Numbered from the stretch's first letter, positions 1-9,014 are shown. The stretch: DNA of 42,668 nt from Patescibacteria group bacterium UBA6816 (GCA_002452615.1 DKES01000014.1:1-42668); one strand, 5' to 3'. Notes: generated by a model not told the origin, from the sequence alone. Program-made: numbers and translations.

Positions 1-20
1 GGGGTCAGACCCTGAATTAT

Positions 21-79
21 ATGTTTTTATGTTCTATGTTTTTATGTTCTATGTTTATATGTTTTATGTTTTTTGTTCT
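21..79. repeat. 15-bp tandem repeat ATGTTTTTATGTTCT x2 followed by degenerate copies, overlapping the 3' end of the recombinase gene
   Basis: Identical units at 21-35 and 36-50. Degenerate ATGTTT(A/T)T units continue to about 79. Confidence 0.8.
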
Positions 80-1011
80 CGGCGTTGTTTGCCGTGGAAA
101 GCTTGATAAACTTCTTTTAAGTGTTGGTCACTAATATGAGTATAAATTTGAGTAGTGGTGATATTTTTATGGCCAAGTAATTCTTGAACCGCTCTTAAGT
201 CAGCCCCACTAGAAAGAAGGTCAGTCGCATAGGAGTGACGCATACTATGCGGTGTAATTTTTTTAGTAATGCCAGCAATTTTAGAATATTTTTTAATTAA
301 TCTTTGGATTGAGCGTGGAGTTAATCCTAAGCTATCTTTTTTAGAAGATTGTTTTTTAGCGGCGCGGTCATAGCGAATAAATAAATTAGGTTCAGTGTCT
401 GGGCGGACTGATAAATATTTTTTTAACCAATAACGGGCTTGGTTAGAAAGAAAAACAATTCGCCAACGACTACCTTTACCCTGAACACTAAATTCGTTTT
501 TTTCTAAATTTATATCTTCTTTTTTTAAATTAGCTAGTTCTGAGACCCGTAAACCCGTGGAAAAAAATAATTCTAAAATAGCTTTGTCCCTGAATTTTAA
601 AATATCTTTTTGCTTTATTTCTAAGGGAGCTTGTAAAAGTTTTTCTAAATCATTTCCCTCTAAAAAAGAAATTTGGCGCTCTTGGGTTTTAGCTAAATCA
701 ATTTTTTCCGGGGCTAAAGTTTTAATATCTCTTTTGGCTAAATATTTAAGAAAAACCCGTAAAGCAATTAAGTGGTAATTTTGAGTTGCCGGGGATAAGT
801 TTCCTTGGCGCGGGCTTTTTAAGCGGGAAAGCCAAAGTCGCCATTGTCTTACTTTTTCCAAAGTAATTTCTGAGGGAGAATTAACTTGTGATTGCTGAAG
901 AAATCTTTTTAAATAAAAACGATAGTTGCGAATAGTTAATTTACTCGCTCCTTTTTCAATTTCCAAGTGTTCTAAAAAATCTTGAACTAATTGTTCTACA
1001 TTTTCCGACAT
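64..1011 (-). CDS. site-specific tyrosine recombinase, XerC/XerD family
   Basis: 315-aa ORF. Has an N-terminal core-binding domain and a C-terminal catalytic signature (RVSELANL ... HSMRHSYATDLL ... LLGHKNITTTQIYTH). Confidence 0.9.
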   Translation of the reverse strand: MSENVEQLVQDFLEHLEIEKGASKLTIRNYRFYLKRFLQQSQVNSPSEITLEKVRQWRLWLSRLKSPRQGNLSPATQNYHLIALRVFLKYLAKRDIKTLAPEKIDLAKTQERQISFLEGNDLEKLLQAPLEIKQKDILKFRDKAILELFFSTGLRVSELANLKKEDINLEKNEFSVQGKGSRWRIVFLSNQARYWLKKYLSVRPDTEPNLFIRYDRAAKKQSSKKDSLGLTPRSIQRLIKKYSKIAGITKKITPHSMRHSYATDLLSSGADLRAVQELLGHKNITTTQIYTHISDQHLKEVYQAFHGKQRREQKT

Positions 1012-1019
1012 ATATTTTT

Positions 1020-1048
1020 ATAATATTCTTTTTAAAAATAATTGTCAA
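1020..1048 (-). promoter_or_regulatory. sigma70-like promoter of the recombinase gene (TTGACA-N17-TATTAT)
   Basis: On the minus strand, TTGACA lies at 1048-1043 and TATTAT at 1025-1020. Only 8 nt separate the -10 box from the ATG at 1011-1009, which implies a leaderless or near-leaderless mRNA. Confidence 0.5.
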
Positions 1049-1095
1049 GATTTTGCGACGCTCGAAATTAAAATTTTAATATTTGATTTAGTATT

Positions 1096-1479
1096 TTAAT
1101 TTAAAAATTTTTTAAATTTATATTTGGATTCTAAAATTAAAGGCCAAAATAAATAACCTAGAAAAACTCCGGCAAAATCAAAACAAAGGTCAGCGAGACC
1201 AGGACTGCGTCCCGGAGTAAAACTTTGGTGCCATTCATCAGAAACAGCATAAAGTAAGCTAAGAATTAAAGCCCATTTTAATGATTTTTTTAAGGGTCGC
1301 GCTAAAAGCAGGAAAAGAACAGCAAAAACAAAGATATGGCCTATTTTTCTTAAAATAACATCCCAAAATTTTTCTAAACCACTGGATAAGTAAGGGACTG
1401 CGGAAAGATAGAAAATAAAACTAGCCCAAATTAAAACCGGGAGCCATAATTTAACAAATTTAGAAAAAAAATTAGACAT
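1096..1479 (-). CDS. VanZ-like family membrane protein
   Basis: 127 aa with four hydrophobic helices. The SDEWHQSFTPGRS motif resembles the VanZ-family DE.HQ...GR signature. Confidence 0.6.
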   Translation of the reverse strand: MSNFFSKFVKLWLPVLIWASFIFYLSAVPYLSSGLEKFWDVILRKIGHIFVFAVLFLLLARPLKKSLKWALILSLLYAVSDEWHQSFTPGRSPGLADLCFDFAGVFLGYLFWPLILESKYKFKKFLN

Positions 1480-1551
1480 GTTAAATTATCATAACAGAAA
1501 AATTATTTTTTTCAATAAGCAGAAAATGATTGGTTTAAAGAGTTTAAATAT

Positions 1552-1580
1552 TTGCCTTTTTTTTACTTTTTTGTTAAAAT
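1552..1580 (+). promoter_or_regulatory. promoter of rpsO (TTGCCT-N17-TAAAAT)
   Basis: Hexamers at 1552-1557 and 1575-1580. This places the TTG start of the ORF track (1552) upstream of the transcript. Confidence 0.5.
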
Positions 1581-1638
1581 AAGAAAGCAAAATTCAAAGG
1601 CGAAATTTAAAGCCAAAATTAAGAATATTTATAATTTT

Positions 1639-1905
1639 ATGAATAAAACAAAAAAACAAGAAAAAAAAGAAGTCATTGATGAGTTTAAAATTAATGAAAA
1701 AGACACGGGTTCTTCAGAAGCTCAAATTGGGATTTTGAGCAAAGAAATAAAAGAATTAACTGAACACTTAAGAACCCATATTCATGACTATTCTTCTCGG
1801 CGGGGCTTATTAAAAAAGGTCAGTCAGCGCCGTAAATTTTTAAAATATTTAAAAGCCCGCAAACCCAAGGCTTACGAGAAGATGATTAAAAAAATTAAAA
1901 AATAA
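1639..1905 (+). CDS. rpsO: 30S ribosomal protein S15
   Basis: Starts at the internal ATG at 1639 and is 88 aa. Carries S15 motifs GSSEAQIGILSKEIKELTEHLRTHIHDYSSRRGLLKKVSQRRKFLKYL. Confidence 0.9.
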   Translation: MNKTKKQEKKEVIDEFKINEKDTGSSEAQIGILSKEIKELTEHLRTHIHDYSSRRGLLKKVSQRRKFLKYLKARKPKAYEKMIKKIKK

Positions 1906-1910
1906 ACAAA

Positions 1911-2414
1911 ATGTTTAAATATAAAAATCAACGAGTAGGGGTTTTTGTAGATGTTGCTAATATGTATCATTCTGCTAAAAATCTTTACAAAACTAATGTT
2001 AATTTTGCCAAGGTTTTAGAAGTTGCTATTGCTAAACGTCAAATTATTCGTGCCATTGCTTACGTGGTAAAATCTGACACTAAAGAAGAAAAGCATTTTT
2101 TTGATGTGATTGCCAAACAGGGATTTGAAATCAATAGTAAGGATTTACAAATTTTCTCCGGAGGAATGAAAAAAGCAGATTGGGATGTGGGCTTAACCGT
2201 AGACGCGATTAAAATGGCGGACAAATTAGATGTGGTAGTTTTAGTTTCCGGAGACGGAGACTATATTCCCTTGGTTTCTTATTTAAAAAATAACAAGGGA
2301 TGTTTAGTGGAGGTAATGGCTTTTGGTGAAACAACTTCTTCAAAATTAATTGAAGAAGCAGACGAGTTCACTAATTTAAGTAAAAATAAGAAGAAATTCT
2401 TAATTAATAAATAA
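1911..2414 (+). CDS. NYN/LabA-like (PIN-like) domain protein, putative ribonuclease
   Basis: 167 aa. Shows the NYN pattern VGVFVDVANMY ... KADWDVGLTVDAI ... VVLVSGDGDYIPLV. Confidence 0.75.
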   Translation: MFKYKNQRVGVFVDVANMYHSAKNLYKTNVNFAKVLEVAIAKRQIIRAIAYVVKSDTKEEKHFFDVIAKQGFEINSKDLQIFSGGMKKADWDVGLTVDAIKMADKLDVVVLVSGDGDYIPLVSYLKNNKGCLVEVMAFGETTSSKLIEEADEFTNLSKNKKKFLINK

Positions 2415-2462
2415 AATCATCAGTACTTAAAATAAAACTGATTAATTATGAGGTAAATATTT

Positions 2463-4649
2463 ATGGAATTTAAAACCGAAATTGCCGGAAAAAACTTAAT
2501 TGTTAAAACTGATCAAATGGCTGGTCAGGCTAATGGAAGCTGTGTTATTCAATATGGTGAAACCACTGTTTTGGCCACCGCAGTCTTAGGAGCCCAAGAG
2601 GGAGAATTAGATTATTTTCCCCTTTCAGTTGAATATGAAGAACGTTTTTATGCGGCCGGGAAAATTAAAGGTTCTCGTTTTATTAAAAGAGAAACCCGAC
2701 CCCCAGAAGAAGCAATTTTAACGGCTCGTTTAATTGACCGCTCAATTCGACCGTTATTTAATCAAGATAGTCGACGAGCGGTTCAAATTGTTTTAACCGT
2801 ACTTTCTATTGATGGAGAAAATGATCCGGATATGGTTGCCTTTTGGGGAGCAGTAGTAGCTTTGTCTATTTCTGATATTGAATGGGACGGACCAATTGCC
2901 GGAGTTAGAACAAGTTTAGTTGCCGGAGAAAAAGAGACTAGTTCTCCAGAAAGAGGAGGAGAATGGGCTTTGAATCCGACCAATGAGACTCGCCAAAAAA
3001 GTTCTTTAGAATTAGTAATTTGCGGGCGTAATAATCGGGTAACCATGATTGAAGCAGAGGCCAAAGAAATTGAAAATAAAACAATTGTGGAAGCAACTGA
3101 ATTTAGTTTAAAGCACATTAATAAACTTAATGATTTTTTCCAACAAATCCAAGACAAAATAGGAAAAGAAAAAACTCCTTTAGTCAGAGTTTTAACTAAA
3201 GAAGAAGAGGAAGAAAAAAAAGAGTGGACTAAAATTACAGAAGAAATTATTAATCAAGAGTCAGAAAAGTATTTATTTAAAAAACCTTTGAAAACTAAAG
3301 CAGAAAGAATTCAAGCTTGTGATAAAATAAGAGAAAAGCTAGAAGAATTATTAATAGAAAAACAAATTGGCAAAGAAAAGCGGAAAAAGGCTGTTGATTA
3401 TGCTAATAAATTAATTTATCAACAGGTGAGTCAAAGAATTTTAGACCATCAAGAAAGAATTGATAGAAGAGCCCTTGATGAAATCCGAACCTTAAGTTGT
3501 CAGGTGGGAGTTTTGCCTCGGGTGCATGGTTCTGGACTTTTTTCTCGAGGAGAAACACAAATTCTTTCTATTGTTACTTTAGCTGAACCAGGCGCGGAAA
3601 AATATTTAGATACCATGGAAGAAAGTGGCAGAAAAAGATTTATGCATCATTACAATTTTCCCCCTTATTCAGTCGGAGAAGTGGGAAGAATTGGAACAGG
3701 ACGACGGGAAATTGGTCACGGCGCTTTAGTGGAAAAAGGATTTTTGCCTGTTTTAGCTGATAAAGAAGAATTTCCCTATACCATTAGAATTGTTTCTGAA
3801 TCATTGTCTTCTAATGGCTCTACTTCCATGGCTTCAGCTTGTGCTTCAACTTTAGCAGCAATGGATGCAGGAATTCCTATTAAAAGGCCGGTGGCAGGAA
3901 TTGCAATTGGTTTGGCTTCAGAAGAAGATAAAAAAGGATTTAAACGTTATCAAATAATTACTGATTTGCAAGACGTGGAAGATGGGCCCGGAGGCATGGA
4001 TTTTAAAGTCATTGGAACTACTAAAGGCATGACCGCAATTCAAATGGATACTAAAACAAAAGGAATTAATTTAGAAATAATTAAGCAAGCTTTAGAAGCT
4101 TCAACTAAAGGAATCAAACAAATTTTAGGAGAAATTGCTAAAGTTTTACCTGCTCCTCGGCCAGAACTTTCTTCTTATGCTCCGCGGGTTAAGATTTTTA
4201 AAATCAACCCAGATAAAATTAGAGACGTTATTGGTCCGGGTGGAAAAATTATTAATGAAATTATTAATCAAACCGGAGTGGCAATTGATATTGAAGATGA
4301 CGGAACAGTTTCTATTACCTCAGAAAGTAAAGAATCTTTAGAAAAAGCAATGCAATGGATTAAAGATATTACCCGAGAATTTAAAATAGGGGAAGTTTTT
4401 CAAGGGCGAGTAACAAGATTAATGGATTTTGGCGCTTTTGTAGAGATTGTCCCGGGACAAGAAGGCTTGGTTCATGTTTCAGATATGGCCCATCACTATG
4501 TTAAAACTCCGAGTTCTTTGGTTAAAACCGGAGATATTATTCCAGTAAGGATTATTGAAATTGACCGTCAGGGAAGAATTAATCTTTCCATGAAAGCCTT
4601 AAAAGATAAACCAGCGGATTTTAAGGAAAAAAATTCAGAAAGAAAATAA
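2463..4649 (+). CDS. pnp: polynucleotide phosphorylase (polyribonucleotide nucleotidyltransferase)
   Basis: 728 aa. Contains two RNase PH domains (RIDRRALDEIR, GSGLFSRGETQ, SNGSTSMASACASTLA), a KH domain (GPGGKIINEI) and a C-terminal S1 domain (GEVFQGRVTRLMDFGAFVEI). Confidence 0.95.
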   Translation: MEFKTEIAGKNLIVKTDQMAGQANGSCVIQYGETTVLATAVLGAQEGELDYFPLSVEYEERFYAAGKIKGSRFIKRETRPPEEAILTARLIDRSIRPLFNQDSRRAVQIVLTVLSIDGENDPDMVAFWGAVVALSISDIEWDGPIAGVRTSLVAGEKETSSPERGGEWALNPTNETRQKSSLELVICGRNNRVTMIEAEAKEIENKTIVEATEFSLKHINKLNDFFQQIQDKIGKEKTPLVRVLTKEEEEEKKEWTKITEEIINQESEKYLFKKPLKTKAERIQACDKIREKLEELLIEKQIGKEKRKKAVDYANKLIYQQVSQRILDHQERIDRRALDEIRTLSCQVGVLPRVHGSGLFSRGETQILSIVTLAEPGAEKYLDTMEESGRKRFMHHYNFPPYSVGEVGRIGTGRREIGHGALVEKGFLPVLADKEEFPYTIRIVSESLSSNGSTSMASACASTLAAMDAGIPIKRPVAGIAIGLASEEDKKGFKRYQIITDLQDVEDGPGGMDFKVIGTTKGMTAIQMDTKTKGINLEIIKQALEASTKGIKQILGEIAKVLPAPRPELSSYAPRVKIFKINPDKIRDVIGPGGKIINEIINQTGVAIDIEDDGTVSITSESKESLEKAMQWIKDITREFKIGEVFQGRVTRLMDFGAFVEIVPGQEGLVHVSDMAHHYVKTPSSLVKTGDIIPVRIIEIDRQGRINLSMKALKDKPADFKEKNSERK

Positions 4650-4698
4650 GAAAATTTTTTTCATTAGTTAATTAAAAATAATTTTTTAACATAAATTT

Positions 4699-5751
4699 AT
4701 GTTTTTTTCTAAAAGAAAAAAGTTTTATCCTGGTAAAACAAAAAACATTTTAATTACCGGAGGGGCTGGTTTTTTAGGGTCTCATTTAATCGACCGGTTA
4801 ATTGATGACGCTAATATTATTTGCGTTGATAGTCTTGTTGGAGATGGAAAGGTGAATAACATTAAACATCTTTTACAAAAACCTAATTTTCGTTTTTTAA
4901 AACAAAACATTAATCAACCTTTAGATTTAAGCCAGTTTCCTGAATTAAATGATTTTCGACTTGATATTCATGGTTTACAAGAAATTTATCATTTAGCTTG
5001 TCCGACTTCAGCCCAAAATTTTAATCAGTTAAGAATGGAAATCCTTTATGCTAATTCAATTGGGACAATTAATATTTTGGAATTAGCTCGTCAATATCAG
5101 GCAAAATTTCTTTTTGCTTCTTCAGCAGTGGTTTATGGTCCTAAAATGAAAGTTCAAGCCCCTTTTAAAGAAACTGATTTCGGGGAGGTAAATTTTACTG
5201 ATGCTCGAGCTTGTTATGATGAAGGAAAAAGATTTTCTGAAACCGCGATTATTAATTATCGCGATATTTATAGATTAGATACTAAAATTGCACGAATTTT
5301 TAGGACTTATGGTCCTCGGGAACCTCTTTTTGATGGACAAATGGTTCCTGATTTTATTTTACAAGCCTTGAACAACAAGCCTTTAATTATTTATGGCGAC
5401 CAAAATTTTGCCACTTCTCTTTGTTTTATTGATGATATGATAAATGGAATAATTAAATTAATGGAGTCAGAAGAAAAAGAACCTATTAATTTAGGGCACC
5501 CACAACAAAATAAGTTAGTTGATTTAGCAGAAAAAATTATTAAAATGACCGGGTCAAAATCTTCAGTAGAATTTAGAGGAGCCCTGCCCTTTATGAGAAC
5601 TTTGGGGTTGCCAGATATTTCTTTAGCCCGAGAAAAATTAGGTTGGTTTCCTATTATTAGATTAGAAGAAGGATTGGAAAAATTAATTGAATATATTAAG
5701 GCTAATCGCATGCTTTTACAGCCTCTAGTTCAGAAATATGACCAAGAATAA
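4699..5751 (+). CDS. NAD-dependent epimerase/dehydratase, UDP-glucuronate decarboxylase (UXS)-like
   Basis: 350 aa. Has the Rossmann motif ILITGGAGFLGSHL and the SDR catalytic motif YDEGKR, with UXS-like overall layout. Confidence 0.8.
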   Translation: MFFSKRKKFYPGKTKNILITGGAGFLGSHLIDRLIDDANIICVDSLVGDGKVNNIKHLLQKPNFRFLKQNINQPLDLSQFPELNDFRLDIHGLQEIYHLACPTSAQNFNQLRMEILYANSIGTINILELARQYQAKFLFASSAVVYGPKMKVQAPFKETDFGEVNFTDARACYDEGKRFSETAIINYRDIYRLDTKIARIFRTYGPREPLFDGQMVPDFILQALNNKPLIIYGDQNFATSLCFIDDMINGIIKLMESEEKEPINLGHPQQNKLVDLAEKIIKMTGSKSSVEFRGALPFMRTLGLPDISLAREKLGWFPIIRLEEGLEKLIEYIKANRMLLQPLVQKYDQE

Positions 5752-5772
5752 AAGTCATTAGAATATTAAAAC

Positions 5773-6453
5773 ATGGGAACATTAAAATATAAAAAAACCA
5801 TGGCGGTAATTCCCGCTTACAATGAAGAAAAAAATATTAAAAAAGTTTTAGAGGAGGTAAAGAATTATGTGGATGAAATAATTTTAGTAGATGATGGTTC
5901 AGTTGATAATACTTTTTCTTTAGCTCAAGAATCAGGAGTAATTGTGGTTAAACATTTAATTAATCGTGGGCAAGGAGCTTCTTTGCAAACAGGAAATGAA
6001 AAAGCTTTATCTCGAGGAGCGGAAATTATTGTTCACTTTGATGCTGATGGACAATTTTTAGCCAAAGAAATTCCTGAATTAGTTGCTTTGATTAAAAATA
6101 ATCAAGCCGAAGTAGTTTTTGGGTCTCGTTTTTTAGGTAAAAAATCTAATATGCCTTGGTTTAAAGAAAAAGTTATTATTCCTTTAGCTCATTTAGTAAA
6201 TAAAGTATTCTGGCAAGTTTCTTTAACTGACCCGCAAAGTGGTTTTCGGGTTTTAACTGCCAGCGTCGCCAGAAAAATAGAGATTATTAATGATCGCATG
6301 GCCCATAATAGTGAAATTATAGCTAAAGTTTTTAAAAATAATTTTAAAGTCAAAGAGGCACCGATTACTGTAATTTATCATCATTTTGGCCAAAACATTA
6401 GTCACGGCTTTAAGATTGTTAAAGATTTATTTTTAAACAAGTTAATTGATTAA
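5773..6453 (+). CDS. family 2 glycosyltransferase (polyprenol-phosphate sugar transferase-like)
   Basis: 226 aa with GT2 motifs AVIPAYNEE, LVDDGSVDNT and HFDADGQ. An alternative start at 5800 is possible. Confidence 0.85.
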   Translation: MGTLKYKKTMAVIPAYNEEKNIKKVLEEVKNYVDEIILVDDGSVDNTFSLAQESGVIVVKHLINRGQGASLQTGNEKALSRGAEIIVHFDADGQFLAKEIPELVALIKNNQAEVVFGSRFLGKKSNMPWFKEKVIIPLAHLVNKVFWQVSLTDPQSGFRVLTASVARKIEIINDRMAHNSEIIAKVFKNNFKVKEAPITVIYHHFGQNISHGFKIVKDLFLNKLID

Positions 6454-6462
6454 ATTATTATC

Positions 6463-6786
6463 ATGTTACAAAAGATATTAGCCCTTTTTGTCATTGCCTT
6501 GTTTTTGGGACGGCTTTTTTGGCAGAAACAAAAAAAACAAATTGGGGTTAATGAATTTATTTTTTGGTTGGTTTTTTGGTTTGGGGCTGGGTTTTTGATT
6601 TTAGCTCTAAAACAGATTGACCAATTAGCTCTTCGTCTGGGATTTTCCAGTTCAGGGATAGAAATTCTTCTTTATTTAGGAATCGTGATATTATTTTATT
6701 TTATTTTCCGATTACGTTTAAAAATAGAAAAAATAGAAAAGGATATTACTAAAATCGTAAGAAAAATTGCTTTAAAAGAAAAATAA
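6463..6786 (+). CDS. small membrane protein, DUF2304-like (typical GT2 partner)
   Basis: 107 aa with three hydrophobic helices and a basic tail. It lies immediately downstream of the GT2 gene, as DUF2304 genes usually do. Family assignment is from memory. Confidence 0.5.
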   Translation: MLQKILALFVIALFLGRLFWQKQKKQIGVNEFIFWLVFWFGAGFLILALKQIDQLALRLGFSSSGIEILLYLGIVILFYFIFRLRLKIEKIEKDITKIVRKIALKEK

Positions 6787-6789
6787 AAG

Positions 6790-7398
6790 ATGGGAAAATT
6801 TAAGAATTTAAAAGTTAAACTAAGAAATCGGAAAAAAAATATTTCTCCCTTTTTATCTTTAATTTTAGAGTTAGTTAAATTAGTGGTTTTAGCTTTTATT
6901 ATTGTTTTGCCTATTCATCGTTTTGTTTTTCAACCCTTTTATGTAGTTGGCCCGTCCATGGAACCAAATTTTTATGATAATGAATATCTAATTATTGAAA
7001 AAATAAATTATTATTTTAATGAACCAGTCAGAGGAGAGATAATTATTTTTACTCCATCTCATAATCCTCAAAATTATTTAATTAAAAGGGTGATTGGTTT
7101 ACCCGGAGAAAAAATAGTTATTCAGCGCGGCAAAGTTATGATTTATAATGAAAAATTTCCTCAGGGAATTACTTTAGACGAAAGAGATTATTTAACCCCC
7201 GGCACAAGAACACCAGGGGAAATTGAAGTAGAATTAGACAGTGAACAATATTATGTTTTAGGTGACAATAGGAATTTAAGTTTGGATTCTCGTAGTTTTG
7301 GTCCGATTAGTAAAGATGATATTGTGGGACGAGCCTGGCTAAGGGGCTGGCCGTTTAAAGTGGCTGGTTTAATTGAGTTGCCAGATTTTGTTTATTAA
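6790..7398 (+). CDS. lepB: signal peptidase I
   Basis: 202 aa with an N-terminal TM anchor. Has the catalytic Ser box GPSMEPNF, the Lys box LIKRVIGLPGE and GDNRNLSLDSR. Confidence 0.9.
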   Translation: MGKFKNLKVKLRNRKKNISPFLSLILELVKLVVLAFIIVLPIHRFVFQPFYVVGPSMEPNFYDNEYLIIEKINYYFNEPVRGEIIIFTPSHNPQNYLIKRVIGLPGEKIVIQRGKVMIYNEKFPQGITLDERDYLTPGTRTPGEIEVELDSEQYYVLGDNRNLSLDSRSFGPISKDDIVGRAWLRGWPFKVAGLIELPDFVY

Positions 7399-7415
7399 TT
7401 TTAAAACTAAAAAAT

Positions 7416-9014
7416 ATGCCTAAAAAGAAAAAAGTTTCACCTAAAAAAAGTAAAAAAAAGGTTTCACCTTCAAAAACAAAAAAAATAACTCAAGTTAAGC
7501 CTAAAAAGAAAAAAGTTTCACCTAAAAAAAGTAAAAAAAAGGTTTCATCTTCAAAAACAAAAAAATCAAAAACTAGGCGGCTTTTAAAGTCTCGGCGCGG
7601 AAGACCTCGTTTAACACAAAAGAAAACTCAGGACCAGCCAGAGAAAAAAAATAAAAAGAAATATCAGCCAGAAATTCTTAGAGGAATGAAAGATGTTTTA
7701 CCAGAAGAAACTAAGATTTGGAATTATGTTCTTAGAAGAGCCAGGGATTTAGCCAAGGAATATAGTTTTGAAGAAATTTTTTCTCCTATTCTTGAAGAAC
7801 AAGCCCTTTTTGAAAAGGCAACTGGATTGACTTCAGACATTGTGGAAAAACAAATGTATCAGTTTACTGACCGAGGAGGGAATAAAATAGTGCTTCGGCC
7901 AGAATTAACTCCCTCTATTGTCAGAGCTTATATTGAACAGGGAATGTTTAATCTTTCTCAACCAGTAAAAATATTTTATTTTGGGCCAGCTTTTCGTTAT
8001 GAAAGACCACAAGCCGGAAGAATGAGACAATTTTATCAGTTTGGGTTGGAAACAGTGGGGTCGGCTAACCCTTCGGTTGATGCTCAATTAATTTTATTTG
8101 CTCAAGTTTTGTTTAATTTATTAAATTTAAAAGTTAATATTCAAGTTAATAGTTTAGGGTGTCCGGTTTGTCGTCAGCCATATCGGAATAAATTAGTACG
8201 TTATTTAAAATCTCATCAAAAATCACTTTGTCCTGATTGTCAAAAGAGATTAAAAAGAAATCCTTTAAGGATTTTAGATTGTAAAAATGAAAAATGCCAA
8301 GAAATTATTCAGCAAGCCCCTCAATTAGTTGATGATATTTGTCCGGATTGTCGACAACATTTTGTAAAAGTTTTAGAGTATCTTGATGAAACTAATGTGG
8401 TTTATAAAGTTAATCCTTATTTGGTGCGAGGACTAGATTATTATACGCGGACAGTTTTTGAATTTTTACCTAATCGAGAAGGAATTAAAAAAGAAATTAT
8501 AACCTCGCCTCAAGTTGAGGAAGAAAAAAAAGAGCCGGTTAAAAAGGAAGAAAGGGAAATAAAAGAAGAAAAATTAGGGGCTCAATCCGCTTTAGGGGGA
8601 GGGGGAAGATATGATAATTTAGTAGAAAACCTGGGAGGACGACCTACTCCAGCGGCTGGTTTTGCTTGTGGTTTTGAGAGAATTATTGAAGAATTAAAAA
8701 TTCAAAGAGTAAGTGTTCCTCATTCTCGGCCACCACAAGTATTTTTAGCCCAAATTGGAGAAATTGCTTCTCGTCAAGCTTTAAGATTATTTGAAGAATT
8801 ACGACAACAAGGAATTAGAGTCAAGGAAAATGTAAATAAAACCAGCTTAAAAGCACAAATGGAAATGGCTAATAAGTTGGGAGTAAAAATGACTTTGATT
8901 CTTGGTCATCAAGAAGTTTTAGACCAAACCATTATTATTCGTAATATGCACACTGGTAATCAAGAAATTGTAGACCAGGAAAAAATAATTAAAGAATTAA
9001 AGAAAAGATTATAA
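7416..9014 (+). CDS. hisS: histidine--tRNA ligase with a Lys-rich N-terminal extension
   Basis: 532 aa. The class II HisRS core begins near ILRGMKDVLPEE. Other motifs: LRPELTPS, FRYERPQAGRMRQFYQFG, NPLRILDCK, GGGRYD and a C-terminal anticodon-binding domain. The first ~95 aa are poly-Lys/Ser/Pro. Confidence 0.92.
   Translation: MPKKKKVSPKKSKKKVSPSKTKKITQVKPKKKKVSPKKSKKKVSSSKTKKSKTRRLLKSRRGRPRLTQKKTQDQPEKKNKKKYQPEILRGMKDVLPEETKIWNYVLRRARDLAKEYSFEEIFSPILEEQALFEKATGLTSDIVEKQMYQFTDRGGNKIVLRPELTPSIVRAYIEQGMFNLSQPVKIFYFGPAFRYERPQAGRMRQFYQFGLETVGSANPSVDAQLILFAQVLFNLLNLKVNIQVNSLGCPVCRQPYRNKLVRYLKSHQKSLCPDCQKRLKRNPLRILDCKNEKCQEIIQQAPQLVDDICPDCRQHFVKVLEYLDETNVVYKVNPYLVRGLDYYTRTVFEFLPNREGIKKEIITSPQVEEEKKEPVKKEEREIKEEKLGAQSALGGGGRYDNLVENLGGRPTPAAGFACGFERIIEELKIQRVSVPHSRPPQVFLAQIGEIASRQALRLFEELRQQGIRVKENVNKTSLKAQMEMANKLGVKMTLILGHQEVLDQTIIIRNMHTGNQEIVDQEKIIKELKKRL
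7419..7567 (+). repeat. 81-bp in-frame tandem duplication inside the hisS 5' extension
   Basis: Copy 1 at 7419-7499 and copy 2 from 7500 are identical except for one C/T difference over about 67 nt. Both encode PKKKKVSPKKSKKKVS(P/S)SKTKK. Confidence 0.9.

Noticed and set aside
1-1011. Tyrosine recombinase plus flanking repeats, considered as the edge of an integrated mobile element or prophage.
   Set aside because: The sequence fits the chromosomal XerC/XerD type. No phage, transposon or conjugation genes and no att-like tRNA fragment lie next to it. The region to the left lies outside the window, so the idea cannot be evaluated.
1552-1638. TTG-extended N-termini suggested by the ORF track: rpsO at 1552, the 24808 ORF and rpoA at 27598.
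   Set aside because: The extensions overlap the inferred promoters or the tandem repeat and encode non-conserved hydrophobic or basic junk. Downstream ATGs at 1639, 24838 and 27625 give canonical protein N-termini.
2783-3157. 124-aa minus-strand ORF inside pnp. Similar antisense or off-frame ORFs occur at 557-778, 4135-4341, 5391-5711, 7905-8087, 9783-10016, 10477-10731, 12609-12818, 13496-13885 and 14078-14293.
   Set aside because: Each lies entirely within a well-supported conserved gene. Their low-complexity composition is typical of shadow frames of AT-rich coding sequence, and they have no promoter, SD or recognisable motif.
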